Sequence record: ON529853.1
Direction: 5' to 3' (one strand)
DNA: 64,000 nucleotides
The translations under genes were made by a program, and so were the position numbers. Below the pieces are notes generated by a model. That model saw nothing but the letters and a program-made list of their open reading frames with translations, did not search any database and was not told the origin of the DNA. Positions 1 to 9,585 of the stretch are shown here, piece after piece; position 1 is the stretch's first letter, and every line of letters starts with the position of its first letter.

Positions 1-305
1 TCCGCATCGTCCAGGGCGCGGCGCGCCTCGCTGACGAGTGGAGCGGCCAGTGGGCGCTGGCGCGCCACCACCCGATGCAGCCGGTGCCGATCGACCCGCG
101 CTTCGACGGCGACGACCTGGACGCGCCCTACCAGCGCAACCAGCGCATGGCGGATCACTTCCCGCCCTATGCCTGCGTCGGGTTTCCCGGCGGCAACGGC
201 ACCCTCAACATGATGACCATCTGCCACGAACTCGGCGTGCCCGTCGCCGATGTCGACCTCAATCACGACGGGACGTTTGAAATCCATTGGTGGCCTCAGA
301 AATGA
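1..305 (+). CDS. SLOG/DUF2493 (YspA-like) family protein, 5' partial
   Basis: Frame is open from base 3 (RIVQGAARLADEW...) into the 75-305 ORF. It has an IVxGxAxxAD-like start and an FPGGNGT motif typical of the family. Confidence 0.6.
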   Translation, partial: RIVQGAARLADEWSGQWALARHHPMQPVPIDPRFDGDDLDAPYQRNQRMADHFPPYACVGFPGGNGTLNMMTICHELGVPVADVDLNHDGTFEIHWWPQK

Positions 306-1567
306 CCGACTTCGCCTTCGTCTACGCCAAACCGCGCCAGCATCTACTGACCGAGGACGGCGCGCTGGAACGCCACCGCCCGATCTACAAGGTCGACGCC
401 CTGGGCAAGATGCGCGTCTGGTTCATGGAGCGCCAGGACGAGAAGCACCGCGTCGTCTCCGGCTTCGACGGCGGCTCGCTGGTGGCGAACGCCTGGACCG
501 TGTGCAAGTCCAAAGGCAAGGGCAAGGCCCAGACCACGCCGCTGCAACAGTGCGCCAAGGAGGTCGAGGCCCTCTACAAGAAGGCGCTGGAGCGCGACTA
601 TTACGAGACCCATGCAGAGGCCAAGGGTCCGCCGCGCAACTACCTGCCCATGCTGGCCGAAAGCTGGAAGGACACCACCTGGGACAAGTGGGTCGCCCGA
701 CTGAAGAAGGCGGGCTCCACGCCGCTGCCGGGCACGACCGGGGTCTACTTCCAGCCCAAGCTGGACGGCTACTGCTGCATTTCCTACGACCGCAAGATGC
801 AGTCGCGCGAAGGCCTGCCGATCCTGACGGCGCCGCATGTCGTCGCCGCGCTGGAATCCTTCTACGCGATGTTCCCCGGACGGCCGCTTCACGGCGAACT
901 CTACAACCACGACCTCAAGGAAGAGTTCGAGGCGCTCGGTTCGCTTCTGAAGAAGCAAAAGGACATCACCCAGGACCACATCGACGAAGTCGTCGCCAAG
1001 GTCCAGTTCCACGTCTACGATTATCCGGGCGCCGGCGAACACCTGCCGTTCGGCGAGCGGATCGCCGCGCTGAAACGCGATCTGATCGCGGCCGGCGTTG
1101 ATCTCGACAGCGGCGTCATCCAGATCGTGGAGACGACTGAGGTCCAGGACGAGGCGCACCTGGAGACGCTGTGCGGCCTTGCCCTGGAAGCCGGATACGA
1201 AGGCGGCATCGGCCGCCTGCACCTGATCTACGAGAAGGCCAAGCGCTCCTGGAGCGTCATCAAGATCAAGATTTTCGATGACGCCGAGTTCGAGGTGGTG
1301 ATGGTGCTGGAGGGCGAAGGCAACTACGCCGGTTACGCCAAGGCGGTGGTCTGTTGGCTGCCCGGCGCGGACCAGGAGGAGGGGCCGACCAAGGACAACA
1401 CCTTCAAGGCCGGGATCAAGGGTCAGAAAAACCAGCGTCTCAAGGACCTGCTGACCGAGGAGAACCGGATCGTGACGATCCGCTACTTCGGCTACACCTA
1501 CGGCGGCACGGGCAAACCGCGCTTCGCCGTCGCCACCAAATGGCACGGCCTGGAACGGGTGCTGTGA
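302..1567 (+). CDS. ATP-dependent DNA ligase
   Basis: Motif I QPKLDG, HGELY, FHVYD, GYEG and C-terminal KIK plus OB-fold (TIRYFG). ATG at 302 overlaps the upstream stop. Confidence 0.85.
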   Translation: MTDFAFVYAKPRQHLLTEDGALERHRPIYKVDALGKMRVWFMERQDEKHRVVSGFDGGSLVANAWTVCKSKGKGKAQTTPLQQCAKEVEALYKKALERDYYETHAEAKGPPRNYLPMLAESWKDTTWDKWVARLKKAGSTPLPGTTGVYFQPKLDGYCCISYDRKMQSREGLPILTAPHVVAALESFYAMFPGRPLHGELYNHDLKEEFEALGSLLKKQKDITQDHIDEVVAKVQFHVYDYPGAGEHLPFGERIAALKRDLIAAGVDLDSGVIQIVETTEVQDEAHLETLCGLALEAGYEGGIGRLHLIYEKAKRSWSVIKIKIFDDAEFEVVMVLEGEGNYAGYAKAVVCWLPGADQEEGPTKDNTFKAGIKGQKNQRLKDLLTEENRIVTIRYFGYTYGGTGKPRFAVATKWHGLERVL

Positions 1568-1863
1568 TGGAGACCCTCAATCGCGGCCTTGAACTGATCG
1601 GCACCGGCGCCGCCGGACTGTTGGTGCTGGCGTGCCTCATCTTCGGCGCCTGCTGGTGCGGGATGAAGGTCGGCGACGTCCTGGAGCCGCTCGCCACCAG
1701 CGCGCGCGCGCGCCAGAACGCCTGGACCGCCACGAAGGCCCTGGCCCAGGTCCTGTTCTGGATCGCCGTGATCCTGGGCGCGCTGGCGGCCCTGGGCTGC
1801 CTGGTGGAACTCCTGCTCGGCGCGCCCCTGGCGGACGCCGTCAACACTCTGGCGAGGGCCTGA
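1567..1863 (+). CDS. Small membrane protein
   Basis: ATG overlaps the ligase stop (TGATG). Two hydrophobic segments. Confidence 0.6.
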   Translation: METLNRGLELIGTGAAGLLVLACLIFGACWCGMKVGDVLEPLATSARARQNAWTATKALAQVLFWIAVILGALAALGCLVELLLGAPLADAVNTLARA

Positions 1864-1864
1864 C

Positions 1865-2128
1865 ATGAAACCTGACCCCACCTTCATCGACGTCGGCATT
1901 CTCTACCTGTTCGGCCTGGGGGCCACGGCGGCTCTGATCATCATGGGCGTCAACCTGGTGCGGCGCTTCTCGACGACCGGGTTCGCAGGCGTCTGGCGTA
2001 GCCTGCGCAATACCGCCATTGGCCTCTTCCTGACCATCGCCGCCGGAGGGATCGCCATCGGCGTCCTGTTGGCCCTCTCCTACGCGATCGGCTGGATCGT
2101 CAACCTCCTGGGCTGGTGGCCCTACTGA
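1865..2128 (+). CDS. Small membrane protein
   Basis: 87 aa, two TM-like segments, coupled to neighbours. Confidence 0.6.
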   Translation: MKPDPTFIDVGILYLFGLGATAALIIMGVNLVRRFSTTGFAGVWRSLRNTAIGLFLTIAAGGIAIGVLLALSYAIGWIVNLLGWWPY

Positions 2129-2409
2129 TGGCGGACCTGGAGCGCTATTTCAAGGCCGGCGCCTATGTGCTGATGCTCGGCGTCCTGGCGGCCTACGGGC
2201 TCTGGATCGCCTGGCTCGTCTTCGACATCACCCGGACGCGCCGCTGGCGACGCATCGCCCGCGCCGCCCATGAATGGGTCTCCCCATCCTACCCCCTGCT
2301 CGGCGCGCTGGCGGCGATCGCGTTCTTCGCCGTCCTCAGCGTCGCCATCGGCTGGACCCTCGAACTCGTCAACCTCTGGCCTTTTTGGCTGGCCCCTGTT
2401 ACAAGCTGA
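2128..2409 (+). CDS. Small membrane protein
   Basis: TGATG overlap, two TM-like segments, similar layout to the two preceding ORFs. Confidence 0.55.
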   Translation: MADLERYFKAGAYVLMLGVLAAYGLWIAWLVFDITRTRRWRRIARAAHEWVSPSYPLLGALAAIAFFAVLSVAIGWTLELVNLWPFWLAPVTS

Positions 2410-2431
2410 GCCATTAGAAGAAAGTAAGCCG

Positions 2432-2908
2432 ATGAGCACTCTGAAAGACCTTCAAGACCTCGCCCTCCAGCAGCGCAAGGCCGCCGCCCAGGGCGACGGC
2501 GGCGAACACGCCGTCTTCCTCGCCATGATCCTGTCCGACGCCGCCGGCCTCGCCAAGGCGCAGCAGCGGTCGATGACGGACGACGACGCCGAGACCGCCA
2601 TCCGGTCGACCGTCAAGGCGTTCGAAAAGACCCTGGCCGGCGACGAGGCCAAGGGATTGAAGCCGGTCGAACCCGACAGCGACTACGCTCGCAAGCTGAT
2701 CGCCCAGCGTGACGTGATCGCCGCCCTGGTGCCGGCGCCGCTGGAGGGACACCTGCTCGCCATGGCGATCCGCGACGCCGCCCAGGCGACCGAGAGCGAG
2801 ATCAGCCCCAAGGGCATGGGCAAGATCATGGGCTGGCTGAACGCGCAGTATCCCGGTCGGGTTGACGGCGCCAAGGTCAAGGCGGTCCTGGCCTCTGGTG
2901 TGGCCTAA
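2432..2908 (+). CDS. GatB/YqeY-domain protein
   Basis: Helical protein ending in KGMGKIMGWLNAQYPGRVDGAKVKAVL, the typical YqeY C-terminus. Confidence 0.7.
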   Translation: MSTLKDLQDLALQQRKAAAQGDGGEHAVFLAMILSDAAGLAKAQQRSMTDDDAETAIRSTVKAFEKTLAGDEAKGLKPVEPDSDYARKLIAQRDVIAALVPAPLEGHLLAMAIRDAAQATESEISPKGMGKIMGWLNAQYPGRVDGAKVKAVLASGVA

Positions 2909-2935
2909 ACGCGTCGGAGCCTGTAGGCGCAATAG

Positions 2936-2969
2936 AAAAGGCCCGCTGGATCGCTCCAGCGGGCCTTTT
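2936..2969. terminator. Bidirectional intrinsic terminator
   Basis: AAAAGGCCCGCTGGA-TCGC-TCCAGCGGGCCTTTT between convergent genes. Confidence 0.85.
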
Positions 2970-2971
2970 GT

Positions 2972-3223
2972 TTAGCGGCGCTTCTTGAATGACCGGGTCT
3001 TGGGCTTGAACCCCTTCACCATCGGGGCGCCGACGTGCCAGTGGTCGCCGTGCGGGCAGGGATAGGGCTCCACCGGCGTGGCGCCGGGTAGCGTCATCAG
3101 GTAGGCGGCGTGACGCTCGGCGTCGGCGCGCGAACGGGGGACCTTCCCTCGACACTCATCCACAGGTTCGCCGGGAAGCGTCGGCGTGGGCAGGTTCCGC
3201 AAAGAGTGCAGCAGGCTACCCAT
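2972..3223 (-). CDS. Hypothetical protein with C/H cluster (YPCPHGDHWHVG)
   Basis: ORF coupled to the upstream gene and ending at the terminator. Confidence 0.55.
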   Translation of the reverse strand: MGSLLHSLRNLPTPTLPGEPVDECRGKVPRSRADAERHAAYLMTLPGATPVEPYPCPHGDHWHVGAPMVKGFKPKTRSFKKRR

Positions 3224-3728
3224 GCGGAACCAGCCTGCCTGCCAGCGACGCCAACTCCAGGCGCCGGTTCAGATCGACGAGAGCGCGGTCCAGGTCCTCG
3301 TAGACGGGAATGCCGTAGCGTTCGCCCATGATGTCGATGTTGCCTTTGCGCCAGAAGCCCTTGGGGCAGCAGACGATCGTCTGGCGCGGTTTCAGGGCGC
3401 AGCACAGGCCGAACTCAGCCATGGTCACCGGACTCTGGGACCCCGGCAGGTAGTTGACCAGGACGAAGTCGGCGCGCTCGATCATGTCGAGTTCCCAGTG
3501 GGCCTGGTTGTTGAAGGCCTCGCTGTCGATGGTCTGTTCCCACGACGAATCCCAGGCCGGGCGGCGCGGGTTGTAGATGATCTCCGCGATGGGGCCGATC
3601 ACCGTCGACGCCTTCTCCTGCCAGTCCAGGCTGTCGCCCATATCGATGGTGCCGGCGAGGAAGACGGTGGCCTTCGAGGCCAGAGCGCCCTTGTAGCGAA
3701 TCAGGGGCGGGAAAACGACGTTGGACAT
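3216..3728 (-). CDS. Nucleoside 2-deoxyribosyltransferase-like protein
   Basis: VFLAGTID...WQ, YNPRR, WE...IERAD and SPVTMAEFG motifs. Confidence 0.75.
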   Translation of the reverse strand: MSNVVFPPLIRYKGALASKATVFLAGTIDMGDSLDWQEKASTVIGPIAEIIYNPRRPAWDSSWEQTIDSEAFNNQAHWELDMIERADFVLVNYLPGSQSPVTMAEFGLCCALKPRQTIVCCPKGFWRKGNIDIMGERYGIPVYEDLDRALVDLNRRLELASLAGRLVPHG

Positions 3729-4168
3729 TAGACCTCGCGTGGCGGCTGCTGGCCCGGCAGGGGTTCCAGCGCCGTGGTGATGGCGTCGACCGCCTCCCCG
3801 ACTTGAGACAGGCCCGCGTAGGGCATGCCGTGCAGGTCCATCAGCTTGGCGAGCGCGACGATGCGCTCGGTGATGATGAACTGGAGGTGGCGGGCGACGG
3901 GCGGATTCAGGTCGCGCGACTTGTTGAGGTAACGCGTGACCTGGGATTTGGAGCAGCCGATCGCCTTGGCGATGTCGGCCTGCCAGTGATCCCCGTTGAG
4001 CGTGGAGCCGATCAGCCGGAAGTCCTCCGGGCTCAGAATTGGCGGCGCGGGGGCCACGGCAGGCGCCTTAGCAGGGCGAGCGCCCGCTGCTCGCGCAGGC
4101 CGTCCAGGGGACTTGGCGGCGGCAGGCGCACGGCGGGCGGGGGGCGTAAGGGTGGGGGCGTCCGGCAT
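3728..4168 (-). CDS. HTH (XRE-like) DNA-binding protein
   Basis: WQADIAKAIGCSKSQVTRYL helix-turn-helix. Confidence 0.65.
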   Translation of the reverse strand: MPDAPTLTPPARRAPAAAKSPGRPARAAGARPAKAPAVAPAPPILSPEDFRLIGSTLNGDHWQADIAKAIGCSKSQVTRYLNKSRDLNPPVARHLQFIITERIVALAKLMDLHGMPYAGLSQVGEAVDAITTALEPLPGQQPPREV

Positions 4169-4169
4169 G

Positions 4170-4835
4170 TCATGCAGTCTCCGGGAGGGCGCCGCCCTTG
4201 AGCAGGGCGGCGTATTCGAACAGGGTCATCGGTGCGTCAGCGGCCCGATTGGTCCAGGCGGCGGCGGTCCCGCCCACCTGGACGGAGGCCCCCGCGCCCA
4301 GGGTTTCCGCCAGGGCGAAGGCTTGAACGCCGGCGGTGGTGGGATAGTAGCGGGTGCGGCGCATCTGGTAGCCGACGTGCTGGTCGGTGGTGCGCAGCGC
4401 GCCGCCCTTGACCAGGCTGCGCACGGCGCCCGCGACGGACCCGCACAGGTCAGCCTGCCCCGTGTCTTCCAGGCGGGCGTGAATGTCCTTGACGGTCACG
4501 CCGGGATCGTCGGCGCCCTGGACGCGTCGGGCGGACCAGGCGCCCCAGACGGCCTTGAAGATCGGCAGGTGGCTCAAGGTGAGCCGCACGGCGGGCTGAT
4601 CGACCTTGCGCAGGACGACCGCGTCGCGTTTGCCGCCCGCCGGCGCGCCGCTGAGACGGCCGCCGGGACGGGCCTGAGCGATCGCCGTCATCTCGACCGG
4701 GCGAACGATCTTGCGGCGCGCGCGAGCGCCCACCACTTCGGCGGCGCCGTCGTCGTTGTCGTCAAAAGCCTGCATATGCACTCCGCGCCCCCGATGGGGA
4801 TCAAGGGGCTTAACCATATTGGAGACGCCTGTCAA
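4170..4835 (-). CDS. Hypothetical protein, possible winged helix; start uncertain (4777 possible)
   Basis: Long ORF with GC3 bias behind a TTGACA promoter at about 4830. Confidence 0.55.
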   Translation of the reverse strand: MTGVSNMVKPLDPHRGRGVHMQAFDDNDDGAAEVVGARARRKIVRPVEMTAIAQARPGGRLSGAPAGGKRDAVVLRKVDQPAVRLTLSHLPIFKAVWGAWSARRVQGADDPGVTVKDIHARLEDTGQADLCGSVAGAVRSLVKGGALRTTDQHVGYQMRRTRYYPTTAGVQAFALAETLGAGASVQVGGTAAAWTNRAADAPMTLFEYAALLKGGALPETA

Positions 4836-4836
4836 C
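4810..4836 (-). promoter_or_regulatory. Promoter (-35 TTGACA) with CtrA-type TTAACCAT box
   Basis: TTAACCATATTGG at 4810 and TGTCAA at 4831. The same arrangement occurs at 47060. Confidence 0.55.
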
Positions 4837-4922
4837 GATCTCGGTCACAAGACGTCGAGTGTTGACTGACAGCAAAGTTATGTCATACTTGCCGTCACCC
4901 CGCAACGAAGGAGTATCGCTTC

Positions 4923-5234
4923 ATGCAGATCAACACCCGAGGCGTGCTCCTGATCGGCGCTGTCGCTCTCATTGTCCTCAAACTCGCCGGCGTGATCACC
5001 TGGCCCTGGCTGGCGGTCCTTGTGCCCGCCCTCGTCTACCTGACGCCGTTCATCTGGTCGCTCGCCTGCGCCCTGGCGGCCGTCGCCGTCGGCGCGGTCT
5101 TCCTGATCGGCGTGCTGATCATGGGCCTCGGCGCCAGCCTGATCGAGGCGGCGCGGTCGCACCGCTGGAAGAAGGCGCGCCAGGCCCAGTTGAAGGCCGG
5201 CGCCGTCGAAGGCCCCTGGGACTACCCCGCCTGA
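4923..5234 (+). CDS. Small membrane protein
   Basis: SD GAAGGAG upstream, hydrophobic ORF. Confidence 0.7.
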   Translation: MQINTRGVLLIGAVALIVLKLAGVITWPWLAVLVPALVYLTPFIWSLACALAAVAVGAVFLIGVLIMGLGASLIEAARSHRWKKARQAQLKAGAVEGPWDYPA

Positions 5235-5482
5235 TGGGCATGGCGACAGCCTCCTCGGGCAGCAACACCATGCCGGACTGGGTCCATGTCTACGACACCG
5301 CCGTCATCCACGCCAACAACGCCTCCGGGACTGACGACAAGCCCGCGCCCCGGCCGAAGCGCCGCAAGCGGGCCAAGGCCCGCCAGAAGACCGTCGAGCA
5401 TCTCTACGCCGACCTGATCAAGGCGGGGATCGTGCGGATCGAGCGCAAGAAGGGTCATCCGCCCAAAATCATCTGGCTCTGA
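5234..5482 (+). CDS. Small basic hypothetical protein
   Basis: TGATG overlap, ends just before the terminator. Confidence 0.55.
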   Translation: MGMATASSGSNTMPDWVHVYDTAVIHANNASGTDDKPAPRPKRRKRAKARQKTVEHLYADLIKAGIVRIERKKGHPPKIIWL

Positions 5483-5484
5483 TA

Positions 5485-5523
5485 GAAAAACCCCGGAGGC
5501 GTGAGCCACCGGGGTTTCTTTTT
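5485..5523. terminator. Bidirectional intrinsic terminator
   Basis: AGAAAAACCCCGGAGG...CCACCGGGGTTTCTTTTT. Confidence 0.8.
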
Positions 5524-5739
5524 GCGGCGGACGCAGACGTCGCGAACGCCTGGCGGCCGCCGAGGCCTGGCTTTTTGACCGACTTTCACGGTCGGGTTGG
5601 TAAAATACGCTGGCCCACCTAACCCGATGGCCCCTGTTCATGAGGCGCGGCCTTGGCCCGTCGACTGACTGTACCGCACCCCCACCCTAACGGGCGACCT
5701 GCCCAACGTCAAGATTTACGTCACTCACCCTGGAACGCC

Positions 5740-5770
5740 AAAGGCCCCGGCGACGAGCGCCGGGGCCTTC
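5740..5770 (-). terminator. Terminator downstream of primase-helicase
   Basis: AAGGCCCCGGCG-ACGAG-CGCCGGGGCCTT. Confidence 0.7.
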
Positions 5771-5816
5771 ATGATCCTGCCGTATTCCCACCCGGCAGGA
5801 CCGCCCGCCAATCCCC

Positions 5817-8800
5817 TTAGGCAGCGAGGGGATCGGGCTGGGGCTGCTCTTCCAGGTACTGTTCCACCCGTTGCAGGAAGAACATCGGATCGCCCTCCTC
5901 CGACAGGCCCGAACGGACCAGATAGTCGAGGTTGTCGATCCGGAAGGCGCGGCCGTCGAGGTTGTGCATCTTCTTCTGGAACATGCGCTTCTTCTGGTCG
6001 TCGTTGTTGCCTTCGATGATGTCCATCTCCATGCCGTAGGCGTGGTTGAACAGGTCGCCGGTGAGCACCTTGTTGAAGCCGTACTTCTTGATCCACTCCT
6101 TGACGAAGGCGCGGATCGCGGTCTCGTCCATGTCGGCGATGGCGCTGGCGCGGTTGTCGAGGAAGCCTTCGATGCCGCAGGCCTGGAGCACGCCGCCCAC
6201 CTTGCGCGACCAGTCCTCGAACGAGGCCCGTTTGCGCTCTTCGAACATCGGCTTCTCCAGATCGATCCAATACTGGATCATGGTCAGGATGTAGCCGACG
6301 ATCTTGGAGCGGTTCGAGTTGAGGAAGTCGGTGAAGTCCTTGTGGCGGAAGACCCGTGTCTGGATGTCGACCGTCTTGCCGTTCAGGCGCACCCAGACGA
6401 TCCGGCGCTCCATTTCCGACAGCACGATCGGGTTGTTGCCGGTGCCGATCCAGTTGAACAGGTTCGGACGGCTGATGTTGGCCGTCTTGCCCAGCATGCG
6501 CCCGCCAATTTCCTGCGCCGTGATCGACTGAAGCAGGGCGCGGTTGTTGAACTCCTTCACGTCATCGAAGAACAGGTGAGAACGAGTCTCAATAATCGCC
6601 GACAGCAGCGACTTCTGCATCTCCTCCTCGTTCTGCGTGTAGCGCATCGGGGCGCTCTCCTGGCCGTCGAACAGCAGCATCGGCAGCTTGCCCAGCAGGG
6701 TGCCGCCGGTGCCCGGCGTCGGCTTGGAGACGAAGAAGACCGGCGTACAGCCGTTGATCATCCGACGCATGAAGGGCGTGATGATCATCGCCAGGGCGTT
6801 CGCCTCCGACGGATCGCGCCGCTCGGTGCCGTTCGTGTCGTAGTCCAGGAACGGGAAGTCGATCAGGACCTCCTCGCGCAGGAAGGCGACCGCCTCCTCG
6901 ACCTCGGCCCAGGTCGGCGACTGCGGCACCGCGACGGTGAAGTTGATGTTCGCCATCAGGATGTTGAGGTCGGCCTTGTAGCCCGGCGTCATCACCAGAT
7001 CGCCGTCGGCGGTGAACAGGGGCGTGTAGATGATTTCCGGCGACTGCGGCAGTTCATTGTAGCACTGCTGATAGACGTATTCGCCGACTTCCTTCGGGAT
7101 GGCCTCACGGGTGCCGTCGCCCTTCTCGGACCGGCGCATGAAGGTCATGCGCTTGTTCATCTCCGAACGCATCGCCGCCTCGTTGAGGACGTCAAAGGAA
7201 ATGCGGCCGGTCTTGGCGTTCCGGTTCAGGCGCACAGGATCAGTCTGGACGCAGGAGAAGGTCGGCTCCTTGTCCTTCTTGTTGGTCATGGTCAGGGTGC
7301 GGAAGCAGGCGTCGAAGGCTTCGTCGAAGTTGTAGCTGCTCTCGTACTCGAAGACCTCGCGGCCTTTCGGGTCCTTGATCGAGCCCTTTTCGTTCTTCGC
7401 GCGCGAAATCTCCGCCCGCGCCGACTTCAGCAGCTTGGTGACGTTGGGCTGCGAGAGTTTCAGCGCCTTTCTGATCTTGGCCTCGATCTGGATGCTGCGG
7501 CGCGTCGGCAGGTTGGCCTCGATCACCGCGCGCAGGCAGTCGTCGACATCCTCTTCCGAGGAATCCTCCGTCAGCCCGTCGACCAGCTTCTCGTAGACCT
7601 CGCGCGCGTCGTCCTCGACCTTGATCTTCTCGCCTTCCGGCGACAACCCTTCGGAGCCCTCTTCCAGGAGGGCGTTGTAGGTCGGGTCGTCGATGGTGTC
7701 GCGATCGAACCAGTCGTCCTTGAGCATCTTGCCCAGGAAGTCGAGATTGGTCCGCTGCGAGCAGCTATCGTGCTGGCACTTGATCGTGAAGATTTCGCTG
7801 GGGCCGTCGCCGGCGTTGACCGCGAAGCAGCCCTTGTCTTCCGGGTTGCCCGGATCGGAGTGATCCTCGTCGAAGGGGCACTCGATGTCGATCTTGTGGG
7901 CGCCGTTGGTGCGGATGCGGTCGTCGGCGTGGTCCTTGATCAGGTCCACGATCTGGAAGCCGCCGGCCGCCTTGATCGACCAGCGCCCCAGGTCGCGGCC
8001 TTCCTCGGTGGTCGACTTGGACTTCGGCTTGGACTTGTCCGTCGCCTTCACCTCGTTCAGCACCAGGTCGAGCAGGGCGTCGCCCGTGGGGGCGTCGTCG
8101 GCTCCGCCCTGCGCCAGTTCCAGCGACTTCCAGTCCAGCAGATCGCCGCCGACGATGCGCGCCTCGAACGGCCGGTTGGCGGCGTGGCGCGGGAAGTAGA
8201 ACAGGCGCGAGGGGTCGACGGCCGACCGGTCGAGCGGCAGGTCGCCCAGGGCCTTCGCCAGCGCATGGCAGACCTCGCCCCACATCTTCATGCCTTCGTC
8301 GTGGGTCTTCGCCACGGCGGTGGGCACGAAGGGCTCGGTCAGGGGCAGCACGATGCGGTGCTTGGGCATCGGGATGTGGTCAAGCTGGACCATGAACCCT
8401 TCGGGATCATGGACGTCGTCGACGTATTCGACCGTCTTGATGATCGATTCGTCCCAGCGCATGGTGGGCTCTTCACGCAGGAAGCGCTCGATCGACTGCT
8501 GGGTCACGCCCTCGGCGATGTCGTGCTTCTTGCACCACTTGGCGATGCGGTCCTTCAGCATCTTGGTCGAGGTCTTGGCGTGGCTGTGGGTGGTGTAGCG
8601 CACCGCCAGCTTGCCCAGCTTGACCAGGGCCTCGTCGATCACGGCGCCCGAAACGCCCACGTCGATGTCGAGCCCGACGCCGTAACAGGCCTTGACGGCG
8701 GCTTTCCGGCGCTGGTTGCCGACGATCTCGGCCAGCACGAAGGCCATCCCATCCTTCTTCTTGTCCTCGCGGTGGCGCGAGAGCATGTCGACGAAGGTCC

Positions 8801-9473
8801 ACACCGGCATGGCCTTGGGCGTCCACTTGACGGATTCGCGGTTGGCGCCGATGGAGACGGTCAACTCCTGCGCGTAGCGCGGGTCGTCAAGCTGGAACGG
8901 GCTCAACAGCTTGGCGTCGTTCAGCGCGCCGTGGTCTTCCTCTTCCCACGGCAGGGCGTAGCCTTCAGTCTGGACGGCCGGGGTGTCGATCAGGACTTCG
9001 GGCGCCGGCGGCGCGTCCTCGACGTAGACCTCGGCCAGTTGGGTGAAGGTGACGTAGTGTTCTGGGTCGAGGTGGACGACTTCCCAGCCGTTGGCGCCGG
9101 GGGTCGGCACGGGGTCGGTCAGATAGCCCGCCATCGCATCCGCGATGGCCGTCACCTCCGGCGTGACCTGGGCCGCCGCGTCCAGGGCGTAGGCGCAGAT
9201 CAGCAGGCCGTCCTTGAACAGGACCGCCGTCGGCTTGACGACGTCGTCCTGCCATTGGTCGGGCTGGGCGTTCTCGGTATAGGAGTAGAGGAACGGCACA
9301 TCGCCGTTGGCGGTCACCGGGTCCAGGTAGAGCGGCTCGGCGCCGGCGGCGGCCACGGCCGCCTCCAGGGATTCGGGGGTGGTGATTTCTGCGGTGACGT
9401 CACCGTAGATCAGGCGAAACGCGTCTTCGGTTGCGCTGACCAGCGCCGACAGGAATTCGTTCAGGGCTGCCAT
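5817..9473 (-). CDS. Multidomain primase-helicase-like replication protein
   Basis: 1218 aa. AEP-like segment (YTTHSH, PKHRIVLPL, DPSRLFYFP), Zn finger (CPFDEDHS...CQHDSC), and C-terminal P-loop-like domain (PTPGTGGT, FFDDV, GTGNNP, ERRIV). Confidence 0.7.
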   Translation of the reverse strand: MAALNEFLSALVSATEDAFRLIYGDVTAEITTPESLEAAVAAAGAEPLYLDPVTANGDVPFLYSYTENAQPDQWQDDVVKPTAVLFKDGLLICAYALDAAAQVTPEVTAIADAMAGYLTDPVPTPGANGWEVVHLDPEHYVTFTQLAEVYVEDAPPAPEVLIDTPAVQTEGYALPWEEEDHGALNDAKLLSPFQLDDPRYAQELTVSIGANRESVKWTPKAMPVWTFVDMLSRHREDKKKDGMAFVLAEIVGNQRRKAAVKACYGVGLDIDVGVSGAVIDEALVKLGKLAVRYTTHSHAKTSTKMLKDRIAKWCKKHDIAEGVTQQSIERFLREEPTMRWDESIIKTVEYVDDVHDPEGFMVQLDHIPMPKHRIVLPLTEPFVPTAVAKTHDEGMKMWGEVCHALAKALGDLPLDRSAVDPSRLFYFPRHAANRPFEARIVGGDLLDWKSLELAQGGADDAPTGDALLDLVLNEVKATDKSKPKSKSTTEEGRDLGRWSIKAAGGFQIVDLIKDHADDRIRTNGAHKIDIECPFDEDHSDPGNPEDKGCFAVNAGDGPSEIFTIKCQHDSCSQRTNLDFLGKMLKDDWFDRDTIDDPTYNALLEEGSEGLSPEGEKIKVEDDAREVYEKLVDGLTEDSSEEDVDDCLRAVIEANLPTRRSIQIEAKIRKALKLSQPNVTKLLKSARAEISRAKNEKGSIKDPKGREVFEYESSYNFDEAFDACFRTLTMTNKKDKEPTFSCVQTDPVRLNRNAKTGRISFDVLNEAAMRSEMNKRMTFMRRSEKGDGTREAIPKEVGEYVYQQCYNELPQSPEIIYTPLFTADGDLVMTPGYKADLNILMANINFTVAVPQSPTWAEVEEAVAFLREEVLIDFPFLDYDTNGTERRDPSEANALAMIITPFMRRMINGCTPVFFVSKPTPGTGGTLLGKLPMLLFDGQESAPMRYTQNEEEMQKSLLSAIIETRSHLFFDDVKEFNNRALLQSITAQEIGGRMLGKTANISRPNLFNWIGTGNNPIVLSEMERRIVWVRLNGKTVDIQTRVFRHKDFTDFLNSNRSKIVGYILTMIQYWIDLEKPMFEERKRASFEDWSRKVGGVLQACGIEGFLDNRASAIADMDETAIRAFVKEWIKKYGFNKVLTGDLFNHAYGMEMDIIEGNNDDQKKRMFQKKMHNLDGRAFRIDNLDYLVRSGLSEEGDPMFFLQRVEQYLEEQPQPDPLAA

Positions 9474-9585
9474 TCAAACTTCGGGGGGCGGGGGTGAGCC
9501 GAGGGTGGGGACCTCGTAATGAAGCCGCACCCTCGGTCATCCCGCCTCGAATGTCAAGATTGACGTCAGTGAATGCCGTGATTTC

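Noticed and set aside
5871-9497. Very long antisense ORFs (also 11485-13740, 47057-49615, 42035-43900)
   Set aside because: Shadow frames opposite high-GC3 genes, a normal artefact of high-GC DNA.
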